64,000 nucleotides of DNA from an uncultured bacterium (lineage in GTDB: Bacteria; Oederibacteriota; JAAXVQ01; JAUVAV01). Shown here in pieces: positions 39,305 through 49,568 of the stretch. The notes under the pieces were generated by a model. The model did not search any database, was not told where the DNA came from, and was given only the letters and a program-made list of their open reading frames with translations. The stretch's first letter is position 1. Each line of letters starts with the position of its first letter. The stretch lies in assembly GCA_963710755.1 (NCBI GenBank), contig CAVQBK010000003.1, positions 1,088,001 through 1,152,000 on the forward strand, read 5' to 3'. The translations under genes were made by a program, and so were the position numbers.

Positions 39305-39901
39305 ATGAATCAATCCTACCGTCAAGAACAGCACCAGCCGAGCGTGTCGCTTATGCGAACCAACAGGGCGGCGACACTGGAAACCTTAAGGACCCAGACC
39401 AAAGAGGCTTTGTTAAATGTGGCCTATAGATTTTTCCAATCGGACGAGAAAGCGCTGAAGGTGGTGTTGGAAACCTATAAACGATTTTATCAAAAACGTT
39501 TCCGCGGGGTTGCTGGTCATGATCCGCAAATTCAGCTTTGGTCAACTTTCAGTCGCCTATGTTTTAAAAAAGAAGTCCATGATGGCCATGGCCGGCAGGC
39601 ACGTCGCGTACCTAGCCGAAGCCTGACAGGTTTGGACGATAATAAATGTTTTGAAGCCATCGACATACCGGAATCTGACGTTCAGGACCATCCTGTGGAT
39701 GCCAACACATGGGTTAGGAAGGTAATTGCCGAATTAGGCCCGCAAGAAAGAATGGTCCTGATTTTGAATCACTGGGAGAAAAAAGACTCGACGGCAATAG
39801 GGGCGATATTACACCGGCCGGTGGATGAAGTGAAAACCATCTTAACCTGTGCCCGGGCCAAATGTCGCATTAAGTTACAACCGTATCTTATCGGGGTATA
39901 G
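39305..39901 (+). CDS. Divergent ECF sigma factor
   Basis: Region-2-like LLNVAYRF; region-4-like L.PQER.VLIL...IGAIL..P...VKT.L..AR; followed by a zinc-finger anti-sigma gene. Confidence 0.65.
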   Translation: MNQSYRQEQHQPSVSLMRTNRAATLETLRTQTKEALLNVAYRFFQSDEKALKVVLETYKRFYQKRFRGVAGHDPQIQLWSTFSRLCFKKEVHDGHGRQARRVPSRSLTGLDDNKCFEAIDIPESDVQDHPVDANTWVRKVIAELGPQERMVLILNHWEKKDSTAIGAILHRPVDEVKTILTCARAKCRIKLQPYLIGV

Positions 39902-39903
39902 CC

Positions 39904-40164
39904 ATGGATTGCAAATTATGCCGGGAACATATCGGAGATTATCTGGAGAAAAAATTGACTCCGCAAGCCATGCAGGAGTTTGCTCATCACCTGCAGCAAT
40001 GTCCTGATTGTCATCGGGAAGTTGCGCAGACCAAGCAAATGAACAGCCTTTTGGATGCTTGGCAACTTCAAAATTTAGTGGACGCTTTTGACGCCCAATG
40101 GGAAAAGCAACGTCTTCACCTGAACCGTCCTTGGTGGCAGAAACTTTTATCTATCTTCCGGTGA
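39904..40164 (+). CDS. zf-HC2 anti-sigma factor
   Basis: MDC...Y...L...HLQQCPDC (HxxxCxxC). Confidence 0.8.
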   Translation: MDCKLCREHIGDYLEKKLTPQAMQEFAHHLQQCPDCHREVAQTKQMNSLLDAWQLQNLVDAFDAQWEKQRLHLNRPWWQKLLSIFR

Positions 40165-40203
40165 TAGTCTGACGTATTTCTTTTTTGAAAAATGAAATTT
40201 CCT

Positions 40204-40234
40204 GCAGCCCCGACGGGATTATTATGAAAGGGAC
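40204..40234 (+). repeat. Shortened solo copy of the 44/45-bp array unit
   Basis: gcagccccgac-ggg-attattatgaaagggac matches both ends of the unit with an internal deletion. Confidence 0.65.
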
Positions 40235-40295
40235 AGCGTCGCCAGCAAGGCGAAGGGCATTTGGAACCATCACAATTTAATTTTATGGGAAGGTA

Positions 40296-40824
40296 TTAAA
40301 AAGACTCCTGTACAGGATCTAGGTTCAGTTTTTGTGCCAAAGCGCGCAAGACCTCATCCAAGGAGCGAGGATGGTAGCGGAGATTTTGATCGACCATCGG
40401 GTGTCCGGTTTTGGTGCCGAACGGATAAGCCACCACGGCGGCTCTGGCCGTAATGACTTTATAACCTTTAGGCCAGATTAAATTGAAGTAACCGATGGCT
40501 TTGACCCGGTAACGAGCTTCATATAAAAAACCTGTTTTTCTGCTGCCGCTAATTTTTTGCGGCATAGCCAATGGGCCATTGGCCGCGAGCCGTTTTAGTT
40601 GCAGGGAAATGGGGCCAAAAAGGGGCTGCGCCAAAATGGTCGTTGAGATGATTGTAATAACTACCATGCCAGGCTGCCCGCCGGGCCAGGTAATGACCAT
40701 TCATCCAGCCAACTCCCAGCAGGACTAGTTGTATCAGTCCGATCACCACGATATAAAACAAAAAAACAACGGCTGCCAACTCTACCAAGGCTTGACCGGC
40801 CTCTTCATGAAGCAGGTTTTTCAT
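40296..40824 (-). pseudogene. TadE-like pseudopilin, frameshifted
   Basis: EEAGQALVELA...LARRAA N-terminus; the C-terminal part is in another frame; removing one base of the A6 tract (40553-40558) joins them. Confidence 0.6.
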
Positions 40825-41753
40825 GGTGCTTGCCCGATCATGAGCTGCCAGGCCGCACTGGCAGGATGGCAAACCAAGGTGACCGGATGGACCGATGTAT
40901 CCGGTACCAAAGCCAAGGTGGTGGTTTGAGGCTCTTGCGGCGCTTTGGCAGCGCGCTGTAAAGCTTGCAAAAACGAAGGGTTGATCGGTGTATGGATTAA
41001 ATGCTGCCCCAGGAAATGCGCTGCTGTAAAGGTACTGCCTTCCAGTATTTTTGGATTGAGCGCCAAGATTTTATTATCACGGTCAATGATGATTAAAGTA
41101 CCGGGCGCCATCGCCAGATCGGCCAAGGCATAAAGGGTGGACTGGGGATTGACGGTGGACACTACTTTTTGACGGGGATTGATCATAATATAACTTTTTA
41201 AAAGCCATGCCGACAAAAGCCCCAGGCTGGACGAGGTCAGCAGGATGAAAAGGTAAAAACGACTGTGGAAGGTCTGTACGGTGAGACGGGCGCGCGTATT
41301 GTCAAAATAAGCGCGCACATAAAAATCGTTGTTTTCCGGGAGCATGAGGGTGATTTTGGTGACAGGCCGGTCTGAGACCGTGGTAGATTCAATGGCCATG
41401 CCGCGGGTAGTCAAATCCGGCGGGGCATCGGTCTGTTTTCCCATCATGCCCGGCGTACTATGTAATTTAATCTGGCCCTTGCGGTCGAACACCATGAGGG
41501 TCTGGAGCTGGGCGAAATTTTTCTTGTCCGAATTGATGATTGCCAAGGCTGATAAATCATCGGCCTGGGCAAGGGCACGGTCCAGCTGAGCAGCCAGGTT
41601 GTGCATGACTTGGATTTGCCACTGTCGTTTACTTTGGGTCATTTGCCGGGATGCCAATCCGCTTAAATACCCCATGACCAGCCATTGTAATAAAAACGCT
41701 GTTGCGGCAATAGTTAAACTGATCCTGGTCAAAGGGGTTAAGGTTAATTTCAT
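40821..41753 (-). CDS. Membrane protein with extracytoplasmic sensor-like and PAS-like segments
   Basis: Two TM helices flanking a ~130-aa domain; IIIDRDNKILALN is PAS-like; ATGA-coupled to the TadE-like gene. Confidence 0.6.
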   Translation of the reverse strand: MKLTLTPLTRISLTIAATAFLLQWLVMGYLSGLASRQMTQSKRQWQIQVMHNLAAQLDRALAQADDLSALAIINSDKKNFAQLQTLMVFDRKGQIKLHSTPGMMGKQTDAPPDLTTRGMAIESTTVSDRPVTKITLMLPENNDFYVRAYFDNTRARLTVQTFHSRFYLFILLTSSSLGLLSAWLLKSYIMINPRQKVVSTVNPQSTLYALADLAMAPGTLIIIDRDNKILALNPKILEGSTFTAAHFLGQHLIHTPINPSFLQALQRAAKAPQEPQTTTLALVPDTSVHPVTLVCHPASAAWQLMIGQAP

Positions 41754-41919
41754 CCACCGGCTCCTGAAAAGTGCTTGATCATTAGGATCGTGGTATTATA
41801 TAGTGATATGAAAATCAGGTCAATTGTGAACCCTCTCCTAATATTCAGGAGCTTCCCGTGCGGTGACGCCCATCCAAGGCACGATAACAATCGTTCATTT
41901 GAACATGGAGATGAATTCA

Positions 41920-42096
41920 ATGGGCAAAAAAAGGGACAGCCTGGGCCCAGGGAGCGAGCAAGCCCAGGCCTTGACAGAATATATCTTAGTGACCGCAGCT
42001 ATTGGCTTGGCCATGGCCGGTGTTTTGCTGATTTTACGATGGCCGCTAGCTCAATATCTGAGAAAGTTAATAAGCACATTGGCAGGGACAAATTAA
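41920..42096 (+). CDS. Flp-like small pilin
   Basis: AQALTEYIL plus hydrophobic helix; start uncertain. Confidence 0.55.
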   Translation: MGKKRDSLGPGSEQAQALTEYILVTAAIGLAMAGVLLILRWPLAQYLRKLISTLAGTN

Positions 42097-42156
42097 AGAA
42101 AGTGTCTGTTTGAAATGTTAACGCGAGCAAAAGCACCAGCTCATCGGGAGGGGAAA

Positions 42157-42336
42157 ATGAACAGCCTGAAACGTTTATTCCAGGAAGAAGAAGCTCAAGG
42201 TTTGGTGGAGTACATACTGATCATTGCGGTCATTGCCTTGGTGGCGGTGGTGGTGGTGAAAAGTTTTGGCGGTAAAATTGCCTCATGGTTTGAAAAAACA
42301 GGCGATAAATTGGAAACGGAAATGGACCTGAAATAA
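42157..42336 (+). CDS. Flp family type IVb pilin
   Basis: LFQEEEAQGLVEYILIIAVIALV; GGGAGG RBS. Confidence 0.88.
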   Translation: MNSLKRLFQEEEAQGLVEYILIIAVIALVAVVVVKSFGGKIASWFEKTGDKLETEMDLK

Positions 42337-42341
42337 ACCCA

Positions 42342-42863
42342 GTGCCTATGACTGTGATTAAAATCATCATTATTTTGAGTGCCTGCTTGGTGTCCATCAT
42401 CACTGATTTAAAATACAGAAAGGTCTTTAATTGGCTAACCCTGCCGCTGATGCTAATAGGGATGGTGGTCAATACGGCAGCCTACGGTATTGCCGGTTTG
42501 GGATATAGTTTGTTGGGATTGCTTTGCGGGGGCTTGATCTTTTTTCCTGCTTTTTGGTTGGGTGGTATGGGAGCCGGAGACATCAAACTGTTAGCCGCCG
42601 TAGGGGCAGTGACGGGGGCCATGATGGTCCTCAATGCGGCCCTATATGCAGCTTTAGCCGGAGGGCTTATGGCCCTGGCGGTATTGATTTGGAAACGAAA
42701 TCTTTGGCCAACCCTTAAAGCCACCGGACGGCTGGTACGCTCGCTGGTTATGCCGGCTATGGTGACGGAGCCGCTATCAACAGTCACGCCTTTTCCCTAT
42801 GCGCTCGCCATTGGTGCCGGCGTGATGGCAGCTATGTTCCTGCCCCCTTTGATACAATTTTAA
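42342..42863 (+). CDS. A24 prepilin peptidase (CpaA/TadV)
   Basis: TDLKYRKVFN, MGAGDIKL, PYALAI. Confidence 0.9.
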   Translation: MPMTVIKIIIILSACLVSIITDLKYRKVFNWLTLPLMLIGMVVNTAAYGIAGLGYSLLGLLCGGLIFFPAFWLGGMGAGDIKLLAAVGAVTGAMMVLNAALYAALAGGLMALAVLIWKRNLWPTLKATGRLVRSLVMPAMVTEPLSTVTPFPYALAIGAGVMAAMFLPPLIQF

Positions 42864-43255
42864 TTCATCAATTGCCCTAGGTTTTGTATCTTCGTTCTTG
42901 CCAACCAATATCTTTCCTCATTAACCCAGCTCGGACAATGGTTTTAGTCTGCATCTAAGGATTATTTTAATAGCCAGGCTATCCTGAGCGCCGCGGACTA
43001 TACGCAATATGTGCATCCCAAGCCGTAACCAAGAGATGTTGTAGTAAAAAGCTTTGAGAATAAATAAGTTATTCCGAACGGCGTTGGCAAAAGAAAGTGC
43101 TTTTTTATTGACGCATAAAAATAATGCCTGTTAAGATGTTATTATAAAGGATAACCTGACCGGCATAGGTTTGCCCGTAAGCATATGTGAATAATCAAAA
43201 ATCGGCCGCTCTGCATTTACCTTTTCTGTATGTGGTCATTATAAAATGAGGTGAG

Positions 43256-44959
43256 GTGATGCATACCAACTGTTGGGAATATAAACAATGTGGTCGGGAG
43301 CCGGATGGAGTAAATGTAGCGAAGTACGGTGTATGCCCTGCATCTATTTCTTCGGAATATCAAAATATGAATCAAGGGCGTTTTGCCGGGCGCATTTGTT
43401 GGATGGTGGCCGGTACCCTTTGCCACAAAGAGACGCAAGGCTTATTCGCAAGAAAATACCGGGACTGCCACGAGTGCAGTTTTTACCAGGTTCTCAATTA
43501 TTTTGAAACCATTTTTTGTAATGCCCTGGAAGGGATCGGCGTTTTTGATGATCGTGGGGTCTTAATTGATTATAATGAACGTCTGGTCGAGATGTTGGAT
43601 AATAATATTTTTCCCGGACAAACAAAGCTTTTTGAGTTTAACCATTACCCCTTTTTAAACCTGGACCACACACCGCTGGATAAATCTGATAATCCTTTTG
43701 CCGTTAATTTAAAAAAGAAAATCCCCGTGCGCAATCTGGAACTAATCCTGGAAGCCGGCCCTAAACAACGAAAATACTTGGAATGCAGCATTGTCCCCAT
43801 TGTTGCTGAAGAAATGGAAGACCCGCATTTATTGATCGCCTTTTTTCGAGATATTACCCATAAAAAAATTGTGGAGGAAATGCTGGCCTATAGTGAAAAA
43901 AAATATCGCCATATTTTCAATGCCAACCTAATGGGGGTCTTCTTTTTTGATGAGAAAAATATCATCATGGAAGCGAACGATCAAATGCTCGACCTTATGG
44001 GTTATAGCACCCAAGATCTGAAAGTCGGACTGGATTGGACGGAGTTGATTATCAGCGAGAAAGCCATACCCTTAGAAACCATGATGGAAAACCTGATGCT
44101 CAATGGTCAAGTAGGACCATTTGAACTTGCTCTACTGCGTAAAAGTAAAAATGTACTGCCCATCAGTTTTTCGGCCGCCTACTTTCCGGAACAAAAGTTA
44201 TCTTTGGCCATTGTGAATGATCTGAGTGAGCAGCAACGATTGGAAGACATGCGTAAAAATTTTATTACTACGGTCTCGCATGAATTGCGCACCCCCATGA
44301 CGTCCTTGCTCTGCTATTTGAAGGTCTTGACCAATGCCCACTCCCACGGCCAGGAAGAGCAGCGGTTTTTGGAGATCGCCGAGCGTAATGCCAAGCGTCT
44401 GGCTAATTTGATTAATACTATTTTGGAAGTGGAACGTTTGGAAATGGGCTCTGTCCCCCGGCATGAAGAAAAAGTCGATTTGGGCCAAATATGCCGTCTG
44501 GCGATTGAAGCCATTGCCATTCAAGCCAAAATGAAAAATATCGTCATCAAAGAAAACTTAGGGGCACCCCATGTCTTTTTGGCCAGGGGCATACCCATGG
44601 ATCTGGAACGCACGGTGACTAATCTTTTGAGTAACAGTATTAAATATACCCTAAAAGGCTATGTGAAGGTAACCTTGGCCTGGGGTCCTGATAAGCAAGA
44701 TATATTAATTAAAGTAGAAGACACAGGGGTAGGCATTAAGGCGGAAGAAATTTCCAAGGTTTTTGAAGGTTTCTATAGAGCCAAACATGAAATCACCCAT
44801 ATGGTGCCTGGAACCGGGTTGGGATTAAGAATCGTCAAGGATATTATCGAACAGCACGGTGGGAAAATAATGGTGGAATCACAATTGGGTTTAGGCACCA
44901 CTATTACCTTAAGCATACCCGCTTTCAACACTGAGCCGCCGGGGAAATGGCCAACCTGA
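43256..44959 (+). CDS. Cytoplasmic PAS-PAS sensor histidine kinase with Cys-rich N-terminal domain
   Basis: NCWE...CGRE...CPA...GRICW...GTLC...CHEC; SHELRTPM, NLLSNSIKY, DTGVG, GTGLGL. Confidence 0.9.
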   Translation: MMHTNCWEYKQCGREPDGVNVAKYGVCPASISSEYQNMNQGRFAGRICWMVAGTLCHKETQGLFARKYRDCHECSFYQVLNYFETIFCNALEGIGVFDDRGVLIDYNERLVEMLDNNIFPGQTKLFEFNHYPFLNLDHTPLDKSDNPFAVNLKKKIPVRNLELILEAGPKQRKYLECSIVPIVAEEMEDPHLLIAFFRDITHKKIVEEMLAYSEKKYRHIFNANLMGVFFFDEKNIIMEANDQMLDLMGYSTQDLKVGLDWTELIISEKAIPLETMMENLMLNGQVGPFELALLRKSKNVLPISFSAAYFPEQKLSLAIVNDLSEQQRLEDMRKNFITTVSHELRTPMTSLLCYLKVLTNAHSHGQEEQRFLEIAERNAKRLANLINTILEVERLEMGSVPRHEEKVDLGQICRLAIEAIAIQAKMKNIVIKENLGAPHVFLARGIPMDLERTVTNLLSNSIKYTLKGYVKVTLAWGPDKQDILIKVEDTGVGIKAEEISKVFEGFYRAKHEITHMVPGTGLGLRIVKDIIEQHGGKIMVESQLGLGTTITLSIPAFNTEPPGKWPT

Positions 44960-45085
44960 CCCAAGCAGTGAAGACAACGCAGCCACCTGGATAGATCCGG
45001 TGGTTGGGGATTGGTAAAGAACACGGTTTAACTTTAGAATAGACGTTGGCACAAAAAATGTTACTGAGATGGTTGTGTATACCAG

Positions 45086-46033
45086 ATGATTAAATGTTGT
45101 TTAGGGTTGTTGATTTTCATACTCAGCTTGCCCGCACCCACGATCCATGCCAGCAGTCACCCGCAAAAGTTCTTTAAGGACGAAAGGGTTCGTTTTAGCG
45201 TCATTTATAAGGGCATTAGGCTGGGATACCGGATTCAAAGTCTTTTTCTTCTGCCTGAGGAAAGAATTACCTTAACCGCTGTAGATGCCAATTGGAAACA
45301 CGCCTATCAATTTGAGGCCCGGTCCGGCACGGTTCAACCAAGGGGTAATCGGGAGTGGTCCTGGACAGCCCCGATCCAGCCCGGTGTTTATCAGGCGGAC
45401 TTAACTCAAGTTGGTGGGCAGGAGTGCATGACGCTTAATCTAGTGGTGATGGTGCCGTTTGATCAAGTCAGCCAGGGACAAGTGAACGGCTATACTATTG
45501 GTGTTTATCCGGAGTCAACATCCTTCAAACCGCCTCGAGGATTTATTGAAGTTACACCCTTTCTGGAAACGCTTGCCCTCTCCCCGCATTTTAAATTAGG
45601 TCAGTTTGTCTGTCGCCAATCTTCGGGGTTCCCCAAATATACGGTGGTAGACGAGCGCCTGCTTATCAAACTGGAGCTGCTTTTAAGCCGGATAAATTTA
45701 AAAGGCTATTCTTGCCGCACCTTGGTCATTTCCAGTGCTTTTCGCACTCCTTATTATAATCAGACCTCAGGTTACAGTTTATACAGCCGCCATTGTTGGG
45801 GTCAGGCTGTGGATCTGTTGGTTGACGGCAATGGGGATGGGCTCATGGATGATCTCAATCGGGATGGCCGCATGGATAAGCAAGACAGCATGGTCCTGAA
45901 AACTCTAATTCTTGATATTGAACAAGAAGTACGTCATGCCAATAAAGTTGGGGGTATCGGGCTTTATGACGATACGGACGACCACGGGCCTTTCGTCCAC
46001 ATGGATGTAAGAGGGACCTCTGCCCAATGGTGA
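45086..46033 (+). CDS. Exported peptidase M15A-like zinc D-Ala-D-Ala peptidase
   Basis: SPHFKLGQF, SAFRTP..N, SRH..G.AVD, HMDVRG; DGNGDG...DLNRDG Ca-loop-like insert. Confidence 0.8.
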   Translation: MIKCCLGLLIFILSLPAPTIHASSHPQKFFKDERVRFSVIYKGIRLGYRIQSLFLLPEERITLTAVDANWKHAYQFEARSGTVQPRGNREWSWTAPIQPGVYQADLTQVGGQECMTLNLVVMVPFDQVSQGQVNGYTIGVYPESTSFKPPRGFIEVTPFLETLALSPHFKLGQFVCRQSSGFPKYTVVDERLLIKLELLLSRINLKGYSCRTLVISSAFRTPYYNQTSGYSLYSRHCWGQAVDLLVDGNGDGLMDDLNRDGRMDKQDSMVLKTLILDIEQEVRHANKVGGIGLYDDTDDHGPFVHMDVRGTSAQW

Positions 46034-46042
46034 CCTATCACG

Positions 46043-46393
46043 TTAATAGTCCACCAATTCAGCCAGAATACTTTCAATATCCTTGCGATAGGCTTCATTC
46101 ATCCTTACAAAAGCCATGCCCAACAGCAAGCTGTGGTGCTGGGAATCAAATTTGGACCATTTGACAGTTCCCTGTCCGGTTATCGTATTGAAAGGTTCGG
46201 GTAAATGCAGAGCATAATGCAACTTATGGGAATTGTACAAATGAGGTGGGACAGGGACCTTGATACACATGCCGCCCAAACTTAAATCCTGCACATGGCC
46301 GGAAGACTTAATTTCCTTGCGAAGCTCATTATCTGTAAAAATACAATAAATGGGAAATTTTAAATCTACGCGGGCATATTGGCGACGCTGCAT
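46043..46393 (-). CDS. PilZ domain protein
   Basis: RQYAR, DLSLGG, VKW, GMAF. Confidence 0.85.
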   Translation of the reverse strand: MQRRQYARVDLKFPIYCIFTDNELRKEIKSSGHVQDLSLGGMCIKVPVPPHLYNSHKLHYALHLPEPFNTITGQGTVKWSKFDSQHHSLLLGMAFVRMNEAYRKDIESILAELVDY

Positions 46394-46424
46394 TTTTTAA
46401 CCTCGACCTTGTTAATGATGATTA

Positions 46425-46451
46425 TTATCGGTAACTTGAATTTTTCATTGA
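46425..46451 (-). promoter_or_regulatory. sigma28-like promoter candidate
   Basis: Minus strand TCAA-15 nt-ACCGATAA. Confidence 0.5.
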
Positions 46452-46621
46452 ACGTCTTTAAACCAGGTGTCTCTTTAAGAAGAGTGTCAAAGGTGAGAGG
46501 AAAGAAAATGAACGCCAAGGTGGATATGGGCGGCGGTGAACAGTGGGCTGAGAAAACGGGAAAATGATTAAATTAAAAGGCTATTATTAAAAATGGTGGC
46601 AATATACCCTCTGGAAGAGTA

Positions 46622-46668
46622 GCACAATATATGGTAGGGCAGTATATAAACAAAACTATATATGGTAT
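46622..46668 (+). promoter_or_regulatory. Tandem NrdR boxes
   Basis: gcacaatatatggtag (46622) and aaactatatatggtat (46653), 31 bp apart, upstream of an RNR gene. Confidence 0.8.
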
Positions 46669-46685
46669 AAATAAGGCGATTTAAC

Positions 46686-46714
46686 TTGACAAGGAAAAGT
46701 GATAGGCCTATGAT
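46686..46714 (+). promoter_or_regulatory. sigma70 promoter of nrdJ
   Basis: TTGACA-17 nt-TATGAT. Confidence 0.8.
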
Positions 46715-46741
46715 AACGACTCGAAAATTTGAGGGAGGCTG

Positions 46742-49006
46742 ATGATGGCTGAGGAGAAATCAATACCCATGGAGTTGTCAGAAAACGCATTAACCGTATT
46801 AAAAAAACGTTATCTTATCAGGGACGATGACGGCCAACCGCTGGAAACACCGGAGAATTTGTTTCGCCGGGTGGCCGATAATATTGCGAGTGTTGAACGA
46901 TTATATGACAGCCAAGCTAACGTAGAGAGCGTGAGTGATGATTTTTATCGACTCATGACCAGTATGGAATTTCTGCCCAATTCCCCCACATTGATGAATG
47001 CAGGCCGGGAGTTGCAACAATTATCAGCCTGTTTCGTCCTTCCCATCGAAGACTCCATGGAATCCATATTTGAAAGTGTGAAAAATGCAGCTTTAATCCA
47101 TAAGAGTGGCGGTGGAACAGGTTTTTCTTTTTCCCGCATCCGGCCTAAAAATGACCCGGTTAAAACCACCAATGGCTGTGCCAGTGGACCGATCTCCTTC
47201 ATGAAAGTTTTTAATGCGGCTACCGAGGCCGTCAAACAAGGTGGTACCCGACGTGGCGCCAATATGGCTATTTTAAGGGTGGACCACCCCGATGTAATGG
47301 AGTTCATTAATTGCAAACAAGATCTCACGGAGCTGACCAATTTCAATATCAGCGTTGCTATTACGGATGCCTTCATGGCGGCGCTGGCCAAGGATGAGGA
47401 CTATGATCTGATTCATCCGCGTTCAAAAGAAACGGTGGGCAAGCTTTCGGCCAAGGTGGTGTTCGACCAGATCGTTAAAAATGCCTGGCAAACCGGAGAA
47501 CCGGGCATTGTGTTTATCGATCGTATCAACGCCCATAATCCTACGCCGGAACTTGGTGACATGGAGAGCACCAATCCCTGTGGTGAGCAGCCACTATTGC
47601 CCTATGAAGCCTGCAATTTAGGTTCTATTAATTTGGCAAAAATGATTAAAACGCAAAAGCAAATCAGAAGCATTGATTATGACCGTCTTAAACGGGTGGT
47701 TCATATGGCTGTGCATTTTTTAGATAATGTGATTGATGTCAGCGCATTCCCGCTACCCCAAATAGGTGATCTGGTTAGACGGAATCGCAAGATCGGCCTG
47801 GGCATAATGGGTTTTGCCGATATGTTATTAAGTTTGGGCGTGCCGTACAACTCAAAAGAAGCCTTGGATCTAGCGGAAGAAGTGATGGCCTTTATTGACA
47901 AGGAGAGCAAGGTCAAATCCAGACAGTTGGCGGAAATACGTGGTCCCTTTCCTGAATTTGAAAAAAGCCAGTTGAATCAAAAAAATTCACCACCTATGCG
48001 CAATGCCACCACCACCACGGTGGCACCTACCGGCACCATCAGCATTATTGCCGGCACCAGTTCCGGAGTGGAACCTTTGTTTGCCGTGGCCTTTGTCCGC
48101 AATGTGATGGACAATGACCGACTGGTGGAAGTTAATCCCGTCTTTAAGGCCACGGCAGCGGCCGGGGGGTTTGATTCGCCAGAATTGATGCAGGAAATCG
48201 CCGGGCACGGCACGGTTCAAGGCAATGATAAAATTCCAGAGTCAGTGCAAAAGGTTTTTGTAACCTCCCATGATATTACCCCTGAATGGCATGTCAAAAT
48301 GCAGGCGGCTTTCCAAAAACATACGGATAATGCCGTGTCTAAAACAGTGAATTTCGCCCATAGTGCCACAACGGCTGATGTGGAAAAAGTATTTCGGCAG
48401 GCCTTTGAACAGAATTGCAAAGGGGTGACTATTTATCGTGACGGCAGCCGGGAAGGCCAGGTGTTGTCAGTAGCCAAAAAAGAAACGCCAGCCGAAACCC
48501 CCATGGTTATGGAGAGTCCGTCCACAGAACCCCGAGAGCGGCCGGATGTGATTAGTGGCAGCACGGAAAAAATGATTACCGGCTGCGGCAACTTATACAT
48601 AACCCTCAACCATGATAATCAAGGTTTATTTGAAATATTTACCCAGATGGGCAAATCCGGCGGATGCGCCGCAGCTCAATCGGAAGCTATTGCCCGGCTG
48701 GTGTCATTGGCTTTGCGAAGTGGCGTTAATCCGGAAGCCATAGTTAAAAATTTGCGTGGGATCCGCTGTTCCAATCCCACTTGGGGTAAAGGCGGGATGG
48801 TGCTCAGTTGTCCTGACGCCATGGGATTGGCTGTTGAAAGCCATATGAAGCGGATGAGCGGCCAGAAAAGCCAACGGGAAAAAGTGTCGGTCGGCTTAAG
48901 TGTACTCGATCAGCGCATAGGAGCCTGTCCTGAATGTGGCGGCACGGTGGAACACGAAGGCGGCTGTATGGTATGCAAGGCCTGCGGATATTCCAAATGC
49001 GCGTAA
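46742..49006 (+). CDS. nrdJ: Class II (B12-dependent) ribonucleotide reductase with C-terminal TSCPD/Zn-ribbon domain
   Basis: PNSPTLMN, LSACF, TNPCGEQPL, CNLGS, APTGTIS, LSCPDA, CPEC...CKACGYSKC; no adjacent nrdB. Confidence 0.92.
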   Translation: MMAEEKSIPMELSENALTVLKKRYLIRDDDGQPLETPENLFRRVADNIASVERLYDSQANVESVSDDFYRLMTSMEFLPNSPTLMNAGRELQQLSACFVLPIEDSMESIFESVKNAALIHKSGGGTGFSFSRIRPKNDPVKTTNGCASGPISFMKVFNAATEAVKQGGTRRGANMAILRVDHPDVMEFINCKQDLTELTNFNISVAITDAFMAALAKDEDYDLIHPRSKETVGKLSAKVVFDQIVKNAWQTGEPGIVFIDRINAHNPTPELGDMESTNPCGEQPLLPYEACNLGSINLAKMIKTQKQIRSIDYDRLKRVVHMAVHFLDNVIDVSAFPLPQIGDLVRRNRKIGLGIMGFADMLLSLGVPYNSKEALDLAEEVMAFIDKESKVKSRQLAEIRGPFPEFEKSQLNQKNSPPMRNATTTTVAPTGTISIIAGTSSGVEPLFAVAFVRNVMDNDRLVEVNPVFKATAAAGGFDSPELMQEIAGHGTVQGNDKIPESVQKVFVTSHDITPEWHVKMQAAFQKHTDNAVSKTVNFAHSATTADVEKVFRQAFEQNCKGVTIYRDGSREGQVLSVAKKETPAETPMVMESPSTEPRERPDVISGSTEKMITGCGNLYITLNHDNQGLFEIFTQMGKSGGCAAAQSEAIARLVSLALRSGVNPEAIVKNLRGIRCSNPTWGKGGMVLSCPDAMGLAVESHMKRMSGQKSQREKVSVGLSVLDQRIGACPECGGTVEHEGGCMVCKACGYSKCA

Positions 49007-49185
49007 GGGCATAAGAGGCGGACAAGGCTGGAATAAGTGAGGCCGGATTTAATGCTATGACTATAAAAGTGTGTGGGGTGAGCGGGTCATTTACAATCCT
49101 CTCAACGACAGAATGTTGACAACCAAAGGCCAGGCTTATAAGATTTTAGGGGACGCTCCACAACGCTGTCTGAAGAGGATGGGAC

Positions 49186-49566
49186 ATGTGGCCTCAACTT
49201 AAGCCGGAACAGGGTCAAGCCTTGGTGGAAACCGCACTGGCCTTGCCCTTGTTGGTATTGATATTTTTAGGCACCATTGAATTCGTTCATTGGAGCATTG
49301 CTCAGGTAGTGGTTAAAGAAGCGGCCTTTGAGGCTGGCCGGGAAGCCGTGCTTCATGGGGATGATAGGAATGCCGCTACCAGAGTGGCCCAAAAAATATG
49401 CTCCTCCGTCAGCTCGGGAAAAACCACCTTTTTGATAGAACATGCCGATCAACCTGCCTTGAAACGCTACGTGGTCATTCATCACTTGAAATTAATTTTT
49501 CCCATTTGGCCGGTTCCTAGCATTAGCCAGGCCGTGCCGGCCTTTCTCTTTGATACAGGAACCTGA
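49186..49566 (+). CDS. TadE family pseudopilin
   Basis: GQALVETALALP...G.IEF...AAFEAGR; TTGACA-17-TAGATT upstream. Confidence 0.85.
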   Translation: MWPQLKPEQGQALVETALALPLLVLIFLGTIEFVHWSIAQVVVKEAAFEAGREAVLHGDDRNAATRVAQKICSSVSSGKTTFLIEHADQPALKRYVVIHHLKLIFPIWPVPSISQAVPAFLFDTGT

Positions 49567-49568
49567 GC

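Noticed and set aside
43084-43101. sigma54 promoter before the histidine kinase
   Set aside because: GG-GC spacing is 11 nt, not 10
45046-45063. sigma54 promoter before the M15 peptidase
   Set aside because: TGGCAC is present, but -12 reads GT instead of GC
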